From a virus: a stretch of DNA of 64,000 nucleotides. A program made the translations under genes and the position numbers. Numbering within the stretch: the first letter of the stretch is position 1; the number at the start of each line of letters is the position of its first letter. Shown in pieces: positions 1-10,937 of the stretch. The stretch spans positions 32,001 through 96,000 of the IMG/VR virus record IMGVR_UViG_3300034111_001103; one strand, 5' to 3'. The notes beneath the pieces are model-generated. The model was not told the origin of the DNA, searched no databases, and saw only the letters and a program-made list of their open reading frames with translations.

Positions 1-107
1 GAACGCTCCATAGCTTCATAGTCATTCTTTTCTTCAAACATTGCTATTAATTGCTTATAGGTTGCAATATCCTTTTCAATTTCTTTTTTAGTTCTTTTTT
101 TCATATT

Positions 108-302
108 TTACTTCATTCCAAACATATTCTTTAAATTCTCAAGTACATCATCATCATTTATTCCCTCATTTATTCCCCCATTTATTTTGATAATGTTTAT
201 CTTGTTTTTCAATTTATTGATAGCGTCATTTTTGCTTTCAGCTTCTACTTCGTACTTCATCTTTTTGCCAAAAATTTCAAAGTAAATTTTATATGTTTTC
301 AT
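108..302 (-). CDS. Small hypothetical phage protein
   Basis: ATG ORF, 64 aa, A-rich leader. Confidence 0.55.
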   Translation of the reverse strand: MKTYKIYFEIFGKKMKYEVEAESKNDAINKLKNKINIIKINGGINEGINDDDVLENLKNMFGMK

Positions 303-712
303 TTTATATAATTTAAGCGTAAATACTACCGATTATTTCTATTTTGCTCATTACTTTGCTATCTTCTACTATTATTTTATTCATAACCTCATCTATTCCA
401 TATTCGCTCCATAAGTAGTGATACAAGTACTTTATAAATTCAATACTGCATTGACTATTATTCAAATTCAAATAAATACTATCGTATGAATCATAAATAG
501 TGCTTATTCCGTTAAATAATTCAACTGAATCTACTTGGTTAAGCATCCCAGTTTTGAAGTATTTTATTTTTATAATTTTCACAAAGCAAATATAAATATT
601 AATTATTATATTTACACGTTCATTTTTATTGTTTTGGTTTGGGGAGTATTTATACTCCCTATTTTGTTTTTCGCAAATAATGTTTATATTTGCGAAACCA
701 ATAGTCAAAAAA

Positions 713-1687
713 ATGACAAAAACAGATATATGTAGAACTTATTTAAAGAAATTTCCAAATTTTCCAAACGCTAAATTGGCGAGGATAATAGTCAAAGATA
801 ATCCGTTAATGTTTGATAGCATAGAAGCTACTAGAAGCATAATTAGAGGAATAACAGGCAATATGGGTAAGCGAGTTGTAAAAATAGATGCTGAAAATAA
901 AACTCCACCAAAACCAATGAATCCATATAAACTTCCTGCATCCGATGAAACAAGTTTTACTCCATTTGTTATTAAAGCTAGTAAAGTATTAGTACTTTCT
1001 GATATTCACATACCTTATCATTCCATTAGTGCATTAACTGCCGTATTTGACTACACAAAGAAAATGAAAATAGATGCTATTTTACTTAATGGTGATGTAC
1101 TAGATTTCTTTGGATTAAGTCGATATTGCAAAGACCCAAAGAAAAGAAATTTTGCAGAGGAATTGAAATCTTTTGAAGAATTTATGGATATACTTAACAA
1201 TATCTATAAATGCAAAATTTATTTGAAAATTGGAAACCATGAAGAAAGATATAATCACTTCCTTTGGCAAAAGGCAGGTGAGATAGCAGATGTAGAGGAA
1301 TTTCAACTTGAAGAAATAATTAAAAAACGTGCTAAAAATGTAACTATAATTGGTGAAAAAAGAATTATCAAATTAGGACATTTAAACGTATTGCATGGAC
1401 ATGAATTTGCAGGAGGTGTATTTAGTCCAGTAAACATTGCAAGGGGTTTATTTTTAAAAGCTAAGGTATCAGCTATGCAAGGGCATAACCACCAAACAAG
1501 TGAACATTCAGAAAGTAATTTGGAGGGCAAATTGACTACAACATTTAGTTTAGGATGTTTATGTGAATTGAATCCTGAATATATGCCTATAAACAAATGG
1601 AATCACGGCTTTGCAATAGTAGATATAGATGCTAAAGGCAATTTTGAAGTTCAAAACAAAAGAATATTAAAAGGTAAAGTACTATAA
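713..1687 (+). CDS. Calcineurin-like metallophosphoesterase
   Basis: Motifs SDIHIPY, NGDVLD, GNHE, HGHE, GHNH; likely start is ATG 713, downstream of a TATATTTG promoter-like motif. Confidence 0.85.
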   Translation: MTKTDICRTYLKKFPNFPNAKLARIIVKDNPLMFDSIEATRSIIRGITGNMGKRVVKIDAENKTPPKPMNPYKLPASDETSFTPFVIKASKVLVLSDIHIPYHSISALTAVFDYTKKMKIDAILLNGDVLDFFGLSRYCKDPKKRNFAEELKSFEEFMDILNNIYKCKIYLKIGNHEERYNHFLWQKAGEIADVEEFQLEEIIKKRAKNVTIIGEKRIIKLGHLNVLHGHEFAGGVFSPVNIARGLFLKAKVSAMQGHNHQTSEHSESNLEGKLTTTFSLGCLCELNPEYMPINKWNHGFAIVDIDAKGNFEVQNKRILKGKVL

Positions 1688-2019
1688 TGATACTATCATT
1701 AATAATATTATCTATTTGGGTTTTAGGGCTAACTTACTTTATATTTACTAGAAAATATCAAGATGACGAGGTTATTGACGAAGAGTTGGAAGAAGATATA
1801 GAGTTTGAATTTGAAGCTCCTACTAGAGCTGAAAATATGCAAGTAATATCTTTGGCACATGAATTATTTGAGCAAAGCGACCCTATGATTAAAAGCCAAC
1901 AAGCTACTAAGGAGCGCACAATTAAGAAGTGTAAAAAGATTGCAAAAAGGTATGTAGATGAGATTTATGATGAAACTTTTTATGTAGAAAAAACAGAAGA
2001 AAATGGAACAGAAAGCTAA
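1687..2019 (+). CDS. Hypothetical protein with N-terminal membrane anchor
   Basis: Hydrophobic N-terminus; TAATG coupling to the upstream gene. Confidence 0.6.
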   Translation: MILSLIILSIWVLGLTYFIFTRKYQDDEVIDEELEEDIEFEFEAPTRAENMQVISLAHELFEQSDPMIKSQQATKERTIKKCKKIAKRYVDEIYDETFYVEKTEENGTES

Positions 2020-2365
2020 AACAAAAGAAAAAGAATTAATTGCTTTTAGGAAGCATAAATTATTCGCAGGTAGGATAATTTCATTTTCAAAGAGTGGATA
2101 TAGAAAAGCATACCCAAACAATGAAATAATATTTAACTCATTTATTTACACTCCTAAAGGTAGAGTAGTGTGGTATGGCGATATTGATTTAACTACAAGT
2201 TGGAAGCAAGTATGGAAAGCTATGCAAGATTTAGGACTTAAAGAATTGCACATACAGTATGAAAATAGCGAATATCAAAAAGAAGCATCAATGTATATAA
2301 TACGTGATAATAAATTATTTAGATACGTACGAGTAGCAAGTAATTTTACATATAGAATATTTTAA
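2003..2365 (+). CDS. Hypothetical phage protein
   Basis: 120-aa ORF overlapping the upstream stop. Confidence 0.6.
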   Translation: MEQKAKTKEKELIAFRKHKLFAGRIISFSKSGYRKAYPNNEIIFNSFIYTPKGRVVWYGDIDLTTSWKQVWKAMQDLGLKELHIQYENSEYQKEASMYIIRDNKLFRYVRVASNFTYRIF

Positions 2366-2460
2366 TTTTGATTTAAGAATATTTGTATATATTTGCAATA
2401 TTATTCACCAGTTTTTGGGTAATTCTGTGGATTTTCATTTTATTGTTTGGTTTAAAGGTG

Positions 2461-2715
2461 CTAATAATTAGCACCTTTTTTATTTTTCAAAGATTGATTA
2501 AAGTCTTTATCATTGTGTGCCTTATCATGGCATATTCTACATAGTGCAATTAAATTACTATGATGGTCTTGCTCATCTTTTTTATTCTTACCAAACTTAC
2601 TTCTAAATTCTATGTGGTGTATATCAACTGCCTTGCATCCGCAGACCTCACAGGCTATAAATTCAAATCCAGTATATCCATGATGACTAAGATAATTTTT
2701 GATATGTTTTTGCAT
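2461..2715 (-). CDS. HNH endonuclease (small, siphovirus type)
   Basis: CEVC...DIHHI...NLIALCRICHDKAH. Confidence 0.85.
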   Translation of the reverse strand: MQKHIKNYLSHHGYTGFEFIACEVCGCKAVDIHHIEFRSKFGKNKKDEQDHHSNLIALCRICHDKAHNDKDFNQSLKNKKGANY

Positions 2716-3019
2716 TAATTTCTATAAATTCTTTTCCTATGTTTACAATTTCTTTTGTTAAAATTAATTCAAAAATATCTCTATCATTGAATTTATATTT
2801 TTTCTGCATTATATCAATTACTAATTTAGTAGGATTATCAATATCACTCAATGGACTGCTAAACCCATAATGAATAGACAAGCTAATAGGTGCTTCTGGT
2901 ATCTTAAATTTAGGCAACAATAACAACATATCACGCTCAAATTTTAAATATTCTTTTGTCTTAAACCTCTTGCCCTGCCATGCTTTATTCACCGATAATG
3001 GCACTATATTTATTCTCAT
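2687..3019 (-). CDS. RusA-like Holliday junction resolvase
   Basis: PLSVNKAW...SDIDNPTK...D...NDRDI motifs. Confidence 0.8.
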   Translation of the reverse strand: MRINIVPLSVNKAWQGKRFKTKEYLKFERDMLLLLPKFKIPEAPISLSIHYGFSSPLSDIDNPTKLVIDIMQKKYKFNDRDIFELILTKEIVNIGKEFIEINAKTYQKLS

Positions 3020-3186
3020 TTTACAAATTTACTATAAAATTATCACTTTTTATGCAATTTTTTCTATTTGATAATCAATACTTTATAAAAATAATGCTTT
3101 TTTATTTGCATTTTTGTACAAATAAATTTGCATAGTTGTAAAAAGGTTGTATATTTGCATCATTAATTAAACAAACAAAATAAAAA

Positions 3187-3483
3187 ATGAATAATCAATT
3201 AGCAAACAAAAAAATAACAATGGCAACTCTTAAATCTTTTATTAAAAAAAGTAACAATTTATTTGTTGAAGAATTAAGCAGTTTTGATGGTATGATAGAT
3301 GGTATTTCAATGAATCATGATAGAAGATTAATAGAGGTTAGTAAAGAAAAAGCAATAGGACATGATGGCGTTTGGTGTGTTGGTCAATCAAGAGATTACT
3401 TTACTTATGTAGAAAATGAAAACTATTTTGGTATTGAAGTATATAATTGTTGTGGCAATTCTGTATTATGGACAAAAAAATAA
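3187..3483 (+). CDS. Hypothetical protein
   Basis: ORF downstream of TATATTTGCA promoter-like motif. Confidence 0.6.
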   Translation: MNNQLANKKITMATLKSFIKKSNNLFVEELSSFDGMIDGISMNHDRRLIEVSKEKAIGHDGVWCVGQSRDYFTYVENENYFGIEVYNCCGNSVLWTKK

Positions 3484-3548
3484 CAAAAAAAGTGGTGTAT
3501 TATAATAATGCACCACTTAAATTTTAATAATTAAATAAAAAATAAAAA

Positions 3549-3767
3549 ATGAAAAATTCAATAAGTATATCAGATTTTAATTTAAAAAGAGTAGGTTATG
3601 GACAATATAATGTAACATATATTAGTCCAAATACAGGCAAAGAATACACATCAAGAACCACAGACAGTAGTTTAATAGACGCTACATTTAATTCAGATAG
3701 TGCGAAAATAAAAGACTTAAATTTATTAAAAAAGATAGCAAAATATAGTTGCACACATAATTGGTAA
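3549..3767 (+). CDS. Hypothetical protein
   Basis: ATG ORF with A-rich leader. Confidence 0.6.
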   Translation: MKNSISISDFNLKRVGYGQYNVTYISPNTGKEYTSRTTDSSLIDATFNSDSAKIKDLNLLKKIAKYSCTHNW

Positions 3768-3812
3768 TACTCACACTTAAATTTCAATAATTAAACAAAC
3801 AAAACAAAAAAA

Positions 3813-4454
3813 ATGAATACTTACACTAAATATTGCCCAAATGTATGGGTTGCAAAATGCACACAAAAACATCAAAAAGATGATATAATTATATTAACAA
3901 CAAAATATGGTAAAGAAAATGAGTGTTATGTGCATAATCTTTTATTTGAAAAAGATGGTTTTTTTTATTATTCAATTACTAGAGTAGATGGTTTAAACTC
4001 TCAAGAAAGAGCAAAACAAAAAGCAAAAAAATTACAAAATTGGGCTAATAATGCAGAAAAAAGAAGTACATCATATTGGGAAGCATCACAAGAAGGCAAA
4101 GATTTTTTAGTATTAGCTGAACCTATAAAAATAGGACATCACAGCGAAAAAAAACATAGGTCTTTAATCGAACGTAACCATAATCGAATGAAAAAGTGTG
4201 TAGAAGAAAGTAATAAGTCAAAAGAATACGAATCAAGAGCAGAATATTGGGCAAAACTCGAAAATAAAATAGATTTATCAATGCCAGAAAGTTTAGAATA
4301 TTTAGAATATAAACTAGAAAATGCTATCGAAAAACACGCAGAATATAAAAATGGCAAACGTAATCAAGAGCATTCTTTTTCAATTACTTACGCAAAAAAA
4401 GAAGTAAATGAATTAACAAAGAAACTTGAAATAGCTAAAAAACTTTGGTTATAA
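3813..4454 (+). CDS. DUF3560-like protein
   Basis: EPIKIGHHSEKKHR motif, recalled as typical of this family. Confidence 0.65.
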   Translation: MNTYTKYCPNVWVAKCTQKHQKDDIIILTTKYGKENECYVHNLLFEKDGFFYYSITRVDGLNSQERAKQKAKKLQNWANNAEKRSTSYWEASQEGKDFLVLAEPIKIGHHSEKKHRSLIERNHNRMKKCVEESNKSKEYESRAEYWAKLENKIDLSMPESLEYLEYKLENAIEKHAEYKNGKRNQEHSFSITYAKKEVNELTKKLEIAKKLWL

Positions 4455-5009
4455 ATTTTAATAATTAAATAAAATTAATTATATTTGCATTAAAATAAAA
4501 TTACAATGATAAGAAAAGAATTAAGTAAACTAGACAAACAAAAATTAGCAATATTTGTTCACATGAGGAATAAATTAAAGCTAGGTAATACTTTAAAACG
4601 TAAAGGTATAAGCATCTACAAACAAAATCAAATAGTTGAAACTGGATTGTGTGATGATATAGAATTAAATATTATTAATGATGTGTGGGAAACTGTACAA
4701 CATCCAGAAGGAGTAGAATAATGAATAAGTTTGTACAAATCGAGTATGATGCAGTCGAGGAATTGCTTACATACTACCTAAATACAGAGGATAGTGAACA
4801 AGAAAGTTTCTATATAAGTAAACAAGAAATTATCTATGAACTTGGATATGAGCAAAGAAATGGATTTGATGAAATTGAGTTTACGGATGGTTCAGTAATT
4901 GATAAATTCAATGGTGAACACTCACAAGATGAATGTTGGCAGATACTATCTGAATATGAGCCTACTGATGAAGAATTATATAAAATAATCGAAATAAAAC
5001 ACTAAACAA

Positions 5010-5450
5010 ATGAATGAACTAGAACAATTAACAGAAGAAATCAAAAAAGAACTTCCTAGATTAATGGAGCTTACTGATGGATGTATAATTAAAACACCTC
5101 ATTGGAATATTTTTATTCAAATGTATGAAAAAAATAAATATGACGATTATTATATTTTTGGTTCATCTATTTTTAATGACAACTATGATAAGATTTGTAG
5201 TGTTGCAAACATATACAAAGAATTTAGCAAAGAAACTTCTATAATAGGACACCCAATATTACTAAGTGATGTTTTGGAGTGGTTAAAAGGAATTAATACA
5301 GAAATACATTCAATAAATAAATATGGGCTTTTTCATGATAGAAATTGGAATGGTGCTAAAGATTTAAAGTGCGCTTGGGATTTATCCAAACCATATTTAA
5401 AAGACCAATCACAAGAACTTATTGATTATTTACATTCATTAATTAAATAA
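5010..5450 (+). CDS. Hypothetical phage protein
   Basis: 146-aa ORF within a co-oriented operon. Confidence 0.6.
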   Translation: MNELEQLTEEIKKELPRLMELTDGCIIKTPHWNIFIQMYEKNKYDDYYIFGSSIFNDNYDKICSVANIYKEFSKETSIIGHPILLSDVLEWLKGINTEIHSINKYGLFHDRNWNGAKDLKCAWDLSKPYLKDQSQELIDYLHSLIK

Positions 5451-5766
5451 ATATGAACGAACTATTAGATTTATTAATCCAATATGCTAAGTTGCAAAAA
5501 GGATATGAGGACATGGCTGAAAATGCAAAAAGAATGGAGCAATGGGAGTTTTACGATGAACATATAGCTTCATCTATTGCTCTAAAAGAAAAGGTAGAAA
5601 ATATTAAACAAGAAATTCTAAGACTAATACCATGAAGCAAACAATTAACTTACTAATAGACTTTATAAAGTCTTTAGATTTATACAAAGTATTTATTTAT
5701 AGTGCATTTACAATATGTGCATTAATAGTGGCATATCAATTATTTAATTAAACAAACAAAAACAAA

Positions 5767-6279
5767 ATGAACGAACAAAACAAACATTGGAGAGATGTGT
5801 ATAAATCTGACTACTTAGCTAGTTGGGACTTAGACAAAAAAGCTACACTAACTATTAAGGAGTGCAAAGCTGAAATGTGCAAACTTTCAAAAGGCAAAGA
5901 ATTAAAAGTAGTTGCATACTTTGAAGAGTTAGAAATGGCAAACAGAGTAAAAGTAAAACCTATGATTTTAAACCCTACAAATTGCAAGTTCATACAGGGT
6001 CGCACAAATTTACCAAAATATGCAGATTGGAGCGGATTATTAGTAGATATTTCAGTAGAAGAAAATAAAGGTGGTATTGGTGAAAAGTTTGGATTAAGAA
6101 TTGTAAATGTAGAATTTAAAGACAAGTCTAGAAAATTACTACCAGAGCTTAAATTTGAAACTCCACAATACAAACAAACGTACGAAAAGATATTAGCTGG
6201 TACTGTTACTATTGCAAAAGTAAAAGAATTTTACACACTAAGTAGTGAAGTTGAAAATGCTCTAAAATCTATAAAATAA
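5767..6279 (+). CDS. Putative recombination / ssDNA-annealing-associated protein
   Basis: HWR...YL.SWD...KPMILNPTN motif; coupled to the YqaJ exonuclease gene. Confidence 0.5.
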   Translation: MNEQNKHWRDVYKSDYLASWDLDKKATLTIKECKAEMCKLSKGKELKVVAYFEELEMANRVKVKPMILNPTNCKFIQGRTNLPKYADWSGLLVDISVEENKGGIGEKFGLRIVNVEFKDKSRKLLPELKFETPQYKQTYEKILAGTVTIAKVKEFYTLSSEVENALKSIK

Positions 6280-6896
6280 TGTTAGCAGAACAAAGATTTG
6301 GAAAATTTACTGCATCTGAAAATTGGAAGTTGCTAGTAAGTGGCAAAAATAAAGGTGATGTATTTGGCGAAACAGCAAAAACTTACATTAAAGAAAAGGC
6401 AGTTGAAATATTAACACAAAGACGAAAAGAAAGTTTTTCATCACGTGCTACCGATTGGGGCAATGAATATGAATATAAAGCCGTTCAAGAATACAATAGA
6501 TTTAATTTTGTAGATGTTGAATACTTTGGAAGTACAAATCCTAAGTTTTTTACTTGTCCTGAATTTGAGCAGTATGCAGGTGGCAGTCCAGACTTTTTAG
6601 CAGGGGCAACAGTTGGCGAAGTTAAGTGTCCATACGATAGTGTTAATCATTTAGACAACTTACTACTAAGAAATGTAGATGAATTTAAAAAATTGCATAA
6701 AGAATATTACACTCAAATACAATTTAACATCCATTGCACAGGCTCGGAAGTAGGACACTTTGTAAGCTATGATTGGAGATTTCAAGATGAAAAGCAACTA
6801 TTCATTTTAGAAATACCAAAAGACAAAGAACACATAGAATTGATACTTGATAGGCTAAAAATAGCTATTGATAATTTGAATGAATTGATAAATTAA
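6279..6896 (+). CDS. YqaJ / lambda-exonuclease-like recombinase
   Basis: RFGKFTASE, WG.EYE, GSPD, EVKCP, YYTQIQ, FVSYD. Confidence 0.9.
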   Translation: MLAEQRFGKFTASENWKLLVSGKNKGDVFGETAKTYIKEKAVEILTQRRKESFSSRATDWGNEYEYKAVQEYNRFNFVDVEYFGSTNPKFFTCPEFEQYAGGSPDFLAGATVGEVKCPYDSVNHLDNLLLRNVDEFKKLHKEYYTQIQFNIHCTGSEVGHFVSYDWRFQDEKQLFILEIPKDKEHIELILDRLKIAIDNLNELIN

Positions 6897-7120
6897 ATGC
6901 AAATAAAAGTAAGCCACAAATTAGATGGTATAGAAGAATACGATGTAGAAAAGTTTTATAAATCAGAAAAAGAACTTATATCTATTATTAAAAAAGCTAT
7001 TAAAAGCGGAGTAAGTCCACAAGTAGGCAATAGATTAATAACTAATGATGATGGAAATATTTATGAAATAACTTCAATACTTTTTGGAAATTACATAATT
7101 TATGATTTAATAGATGTAAA

Positions 7121-7552
7121 TTGAAATACACATCAACTATAAGATTAGACAATGGAGTTTTAAAGCTCGTAAACAAAGCTGAAATGCTTAAATTTGCATT
7201 ATCTTTGAATTGTAAGGAGTTTGCATTTACTTTGGAAAAGAAACGAAGTAAACGAAGCAATGAACAGAATAGATATTATTGGGGTGTAGTAGTTCCACTA
7301 GTAAAACAAGGTCTTACAGAATTAGGGAATGTAGTTAGTTTAGAAAGTACGCATGATTTTATAAAATCTGAATTTAACTATAAAGAAATTGTAAATGAAA
7401 CGACTGGTGAAGTAAAAAAGTTGCCTAATAGTACAACACAACTAAACAAAACAGAGTTTAGTGAAATGATTGAACGAGTTAAAATATGGAGTGCTGAATG
7501 GTGCAATATTTATATACCAGATGCAGGAGAACAAATAAGTTTTGAATTATGA
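7121..7552 (+). CDS. NinB/DUF1367-like recombination protein
   Basis: KRSNEQNRYYWG...STTQLNKTEFSEMIE. Confidence 0.7.
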   Translation: MKYTSTIRLDNGVLKLVNKAEMLKFALSLNCKEFAFTLEKKRSKRSNEQNRYYWGVVVPLVKQGLTELGNVVSLESTHDFIKSEFNYKEIVNETTGEVKKLPNSTTQLNKTEFSEMIERVKIWSAEWCNIYIPDAGEQISFEL

Positions 7553-8178
7553 TAACAATATTCTCATACCAACGCAAAGAAATGCTTACTAATTTACTTA
7601 GTGAGTTAGAAAAATATGAACCTATTATATTAGATGATGGTAGTGATTTTAAATTAGAATCATCAAACTTTCATCAATTTGAGCATGGTGGTAAAGAAAA
7701 TTTCTATAAACTTTGGCAATTTGCATTTAGTGAAGCACAAAAAAGCAATGATGATTTTTTTATGTTTTTACCTAGTGATTTTAGCAATATTGACTTATAT
7801 AGAATTTATGATTACTACAATCAATTAAGGCATGAATCTTTTGTTTGTAATATTATAAATGATAATCGTAAATCTTGCTGGGGGTCGTACCATCCTATGA
7901 AATACAATAGCGAATTAAATAGAGTTTTCTTTACTGATTGCGGATTTTTCTGTAATAGATTAGCACTCGAAAAAATAGACTTCCATATAAAAGAAGTACC
8001 AAAAAGTAGATTTAATAGAACTAATATATCAAGTGGAGTAGGTCAATACTTAACTTATATATTTAATAAAAAAAATGTAAAGATATACACTCCTATAAGC
8101 TCATTAGCTTTTCATGGTGAGCATGAAAGTTTAATGCACCCAGAGGAACGAATTAAAACACCATTAATAAGTAAATGA
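7549..8178 (+). CDS. Putative glycosyltransferase (GT-A fold)
   Basis: ITIFSYQR...ILDDGS, GT2-like N-terminus. Confidence 0.6.
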   Translation: MITIFSYQRKEMLTNLLSELEKYEPIILDDGSDFKLESSNFHQFEHGGKENFYKLWQFAFSEAQKSNDDFFMFLPSDFSNIDLYRIYDYYNQLRHESFVCNIINDNRKSCWGSYHPMKYNSELNRVFFTDCGFFCNRLALEKIDFHIKEVPKSRFNRTNISSGVGQYLTYIFNKKNVKIYTPISSLAFHGEHESLMHPEERIKTPLISK

Positions 8179-8413
8179 AAAAAAGAGATTTAAAAGAAAT
8201 AAAAAAACTTGCCGATAATTTACCACCTAGTAAATCATTGCAAAAATTTTCTGTAATTTTAAATGGCAAAAAAGAATATAAGTTTAGGCTTGTAGATATA
8301 GACCATTATAGTAGATTAAAACACGCTCATTCAACTAATAAACAAACAGGTATGCAAGATTACATAATTTGGTTAAAAGCTAATAATGAAAAGATAAATA
8401 AAATGTTTAATCA

Positions 8414-9040
8414 ATGAAAATAATAGTAGGCATTGCCACAATGAACGGACGTGAAGAGCAATTAAAAGAAACTTTTGAAAGTCTTTGCCCTTATGTTGAT
8501 GAAATAAACATTTACCACAACGGAATAGAACCAATAGATTATACAGATAATGCTAAGTTTGAAAGCCTACAAAGATACAATGAACCGATTTATTTTTTTT
8601 CATGTGATGATGATATAATATATCCAAAAGACTATATAAGTAAAACTATTGAATTAATAGAAGAGTATAAATGTATCATAACTTATCATGGTAGAATTTT
8701 AAAAGGAAAAGGATTAAACTACTACAAAGGACATCAAGCGTTTCATTGCAAAGGTGCTAATTATGTAAATAGATATATTGATGTAACAGGAACTGGTGTA
8801 AGTGCTTTTAGAACTGATTATTTTAATCCAATAGAAATTTATAAAAGCAAATACAAAAGAATGTTTGATTTGGTATTTAGTTTAGAAGCTAAAAAACAAG
8901 GCAAAAAAATATTATTAGGTAAGCACGATGCAAATTGGATTAAAGTCCAAAATATTCCACTAGAAAAAACTATTTATGGTATGGAAGTCAAAGACTGCTC
9001 AATGCAAAATAGTTTAGCAGATGAAATATTAAGGTTTTAA
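8414..9040 (+). CDS. Putative glycosyltransferase (GT-A fold)
   Basis: IATMNGR...CDDDIIYP (DxD motif), GTGV. Confidence 0.7.
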   Translation: MKIIVGIATMNGREEQLKETFESLCPYVDEINIYHNGIEPIDYTDNAKFESLQRYNEPIYFFSCDDDIIYPKDYISKTIELIEEYKCIITYHGRILKGKGLNYYKGHQAFHCKGANYVNRYIDVTGTGVSAFRTDYFNPIEIYKSKYKRMFDLVFSLEAKKQGKKILLGKHDANWIKVQNIPLEKTIYGMEVKDCSMQNSLADEILRF

Positions 9041-10126
9041 TTTTAAGAAAACACCCCATGCACTATCACCACTATTTGCTAAAGTTATAGAAACTACCAA
9101 ATATTTATTTGTTGTAAAATCTGGTGTAATTGTAGATGGAGATGTAGTAGATGAAACACCTACATCTATTAGTGATGTAGAACTTGTTGGCAATATTTTA
9201 GTACCTGCACCTGTACCATCTTTCTTTTTAATATTGATGTATCTTTGAGCTGTTGCATTTTTAGTAGTAGCCCCTAATGCAGCACTTTGAAAAACTAATA
9301 TAGGACTGCCAGATAAATTAGGAGTAGAATTTATGTACATTTTTAATGTTACAGTTCCTGCACTACCTGTCTTTTCTATTTTAAAACTTGCATCCAAACT
9401 TAAATCATCTTTAATTAAGGAACTTGATATTAGTTCTGCATAAGTAACAGTTTCAGATGTTGTGCCTGTTACTATTGTGCCATCTGCACCTTGATTAATA
9501 ATAGGCAATAAATAATCTAATCCTAAATTTGTTCTAGCAGTTGTAGCACTTGCTAAATCGCTTAGATTATTAGCTTTTAATAAAGCTAGTCCTGTTGCTT
9601 CATATAGTGTATCAAAATAAGTTTTTAGAAAAGATTTAACATTTGCAAAAGTAACTTTCTTTTGTTTATTAGTGTCTGCTGTATCTACAATATTTATTAA
9701 GTCTGCATCTAATGGAGTTGTTTTTGCAGTTAATCCGTTTGCAAAAGCTCCAAAATTAACATCTGTTAAATCATCTTGCTTACCATCTAAAGCAGTTTGT
9801 AAATCTGTTTGGTCTGCTAAAATTCCTGTAATATCACCCCATATAGCAGAACCACCTCCACCTCCACCACATTCACACCTGCAATCTGTTCTTAATCCTA
9901 CTAAATAAGTATATAATAAATCAAATGTAGTGTAAGTACCACCATTAATCAAAGTAACATCATCTAATTTTATTTCATAGGTATTTCTATAATCCTTAAT
10001 AGTAAAAGTATATTCACTATATGCAAATGTTGTTTCAGTTGCATTAAATTCAGCAATTACATTACCATTACTGTCTTTTAAAACTAAAAGACAATCCGAT
10101 TTACTTATGTCGGTTACTATACACAT
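9029..10126 (-). CDS. Tail fibre-like / structural protein
   Basis: Gly linker, WGDITG.L.DQTDLQ.AL and NNLSDL...ARTNLG fibre-type repeats, beta-rich C-terminus. Confidence 0.6.
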   Translation of the reverse strand: MCIVTDISKSDCLLVLKDSNGNVIAEFNATETTFAYSEYTFTIKDYRNTYEIKLDDVTLINGGTYTTFDLLYTYLVGLRTDCRCECGGGGGGSAIWGDITGILADQTDLQTALDGKQDDLTDVNFGAFANGLTAKTTPLDADLINIVDTADTNKQKKVTFANVKSFLKTYFDTLYEATGLALLKANNLSDLASATTARTNLGLDYLLPIINQGADGTIVTGTTSETVTYAELISSSLIKDDLSLDASFKIEKTGSAGTVTLKMYINSTPNLSGSPILVFQSAALGATTKNATAQRYINIKKKDGTGAGTKILPTSSTSLIDVGVSSTTSPSTITPDFTTNKYLVVSITLANSGDSAWGVFLKLKP

Positions 10127-10302
10127 TATTTACCTGAAACATTAAAATCTTTTGCAACTACTCCTAATACTGCAATTGATACAGCTATTATTAATTGTGC
10201 TACTTGTTCTTTGCTACCTGTAAATCCTTCCGAAATAAATGTTTGAGCTACTAATAAGCCTGATGCTATTGCACCTATTAATGTCGTTTTCCAATTTTTC
10301 AT
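10126..10302 (-). CDS. Putative holin (58 aa, two TM segments; not in ORF track)
   Basis: Hand translation MKNWKTTLIGAIASGLLVAQTFISEGFTGSKEQVAQLIIAVSIAVLGVVAKDFNVSGK; overlaps both neighbours. Confidence 0.6.
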   Translation of the reverse strand: MKNWKTTLIGAIASGLLVAQTFISEGFTGSKEQVAQLIIAVSIAVLGVVAKDFNVSGK

Positions 10303-10667
10303 AATTTATTTTTTTTAATGTTATTAAATGATTTTAACCTTTTTTTATTTTGTTTTAAATTTTCAAATTCACTATTTACAATTTGTTCAACTTGTTCAGC
10401 ATTGTAATCATCTTTTAATATTAATATATATTGATTAATTACATCTTTTTGAGAATATTTTTTTAAATCAGTTCTTATATTTTTTCTTATTAAATTATCT
10501 TTTTTTATTTCTTTTCTAGTTGCATCTTTTTTTGCTTCTACAATTTGAACTGGAGTACGAATTTCTTGTTTTTTTTCTATAACTGGCACTAATTCCTTAG
10601 TCGTGTCTGAAACGCTAGAAATTGACTTAAAAAACTGAATTATTAATTCAATAATTGATTGCCACAT
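10299..10667 (-). CDS. Hypothetical protein
   Basis: ORF overlapping neighbours. Confidence 0.55.
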   Translation of the reverse strand: MWQSIIELIIQFFKSISSVSDTTKELVPVIEKKQEIRTPVQIVEAKKDATRKEIKKDNLIRKNIRTDLKKYSQKDVINQYILILKDDYNAEQVEQIVNSEFENLKQNKKRLKSFNNIKKNKL

Positions 10668-10912
10668 TTTTTTTCTTCTTTTAATTCAGGTTCTTCACTT
10701 TTATTTATGAAAAGATAGCTAAAAAAATTAATTGGATTAATGTCATCTTTTGCAATGCCAAGTTTATTATTTATTACTGCAACTTGACTTTCTAGCTTAT
10801 TTGTCTTTTCTACATATTTGTCAATTTTGAAATAAGTTTGACTTGTAAAAAAGCAAACAATAGTAAACATTATTCCTGTTATTGTCTTATAAAAAAAATC
10901 TTGGTTTTTCAT
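10643..10912 (-). CDS. Membrane-anchored coiled-coil protein (possibly lysis-related)
   Basis: One TM segment followed by heptads. Confidence 0.45.
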   Translation of the reverse strand: MKNQDFFYKTITGIMFTIVCFFTSQTYFKIDKYVEKTNKLESQVAVINNKLGIAKDDINPINFFSYLFINKSEEPELKEEKKCGNQLLN

Positions 10913-10937
10913 ACAAAATTAAAAATATTTTATGGCT

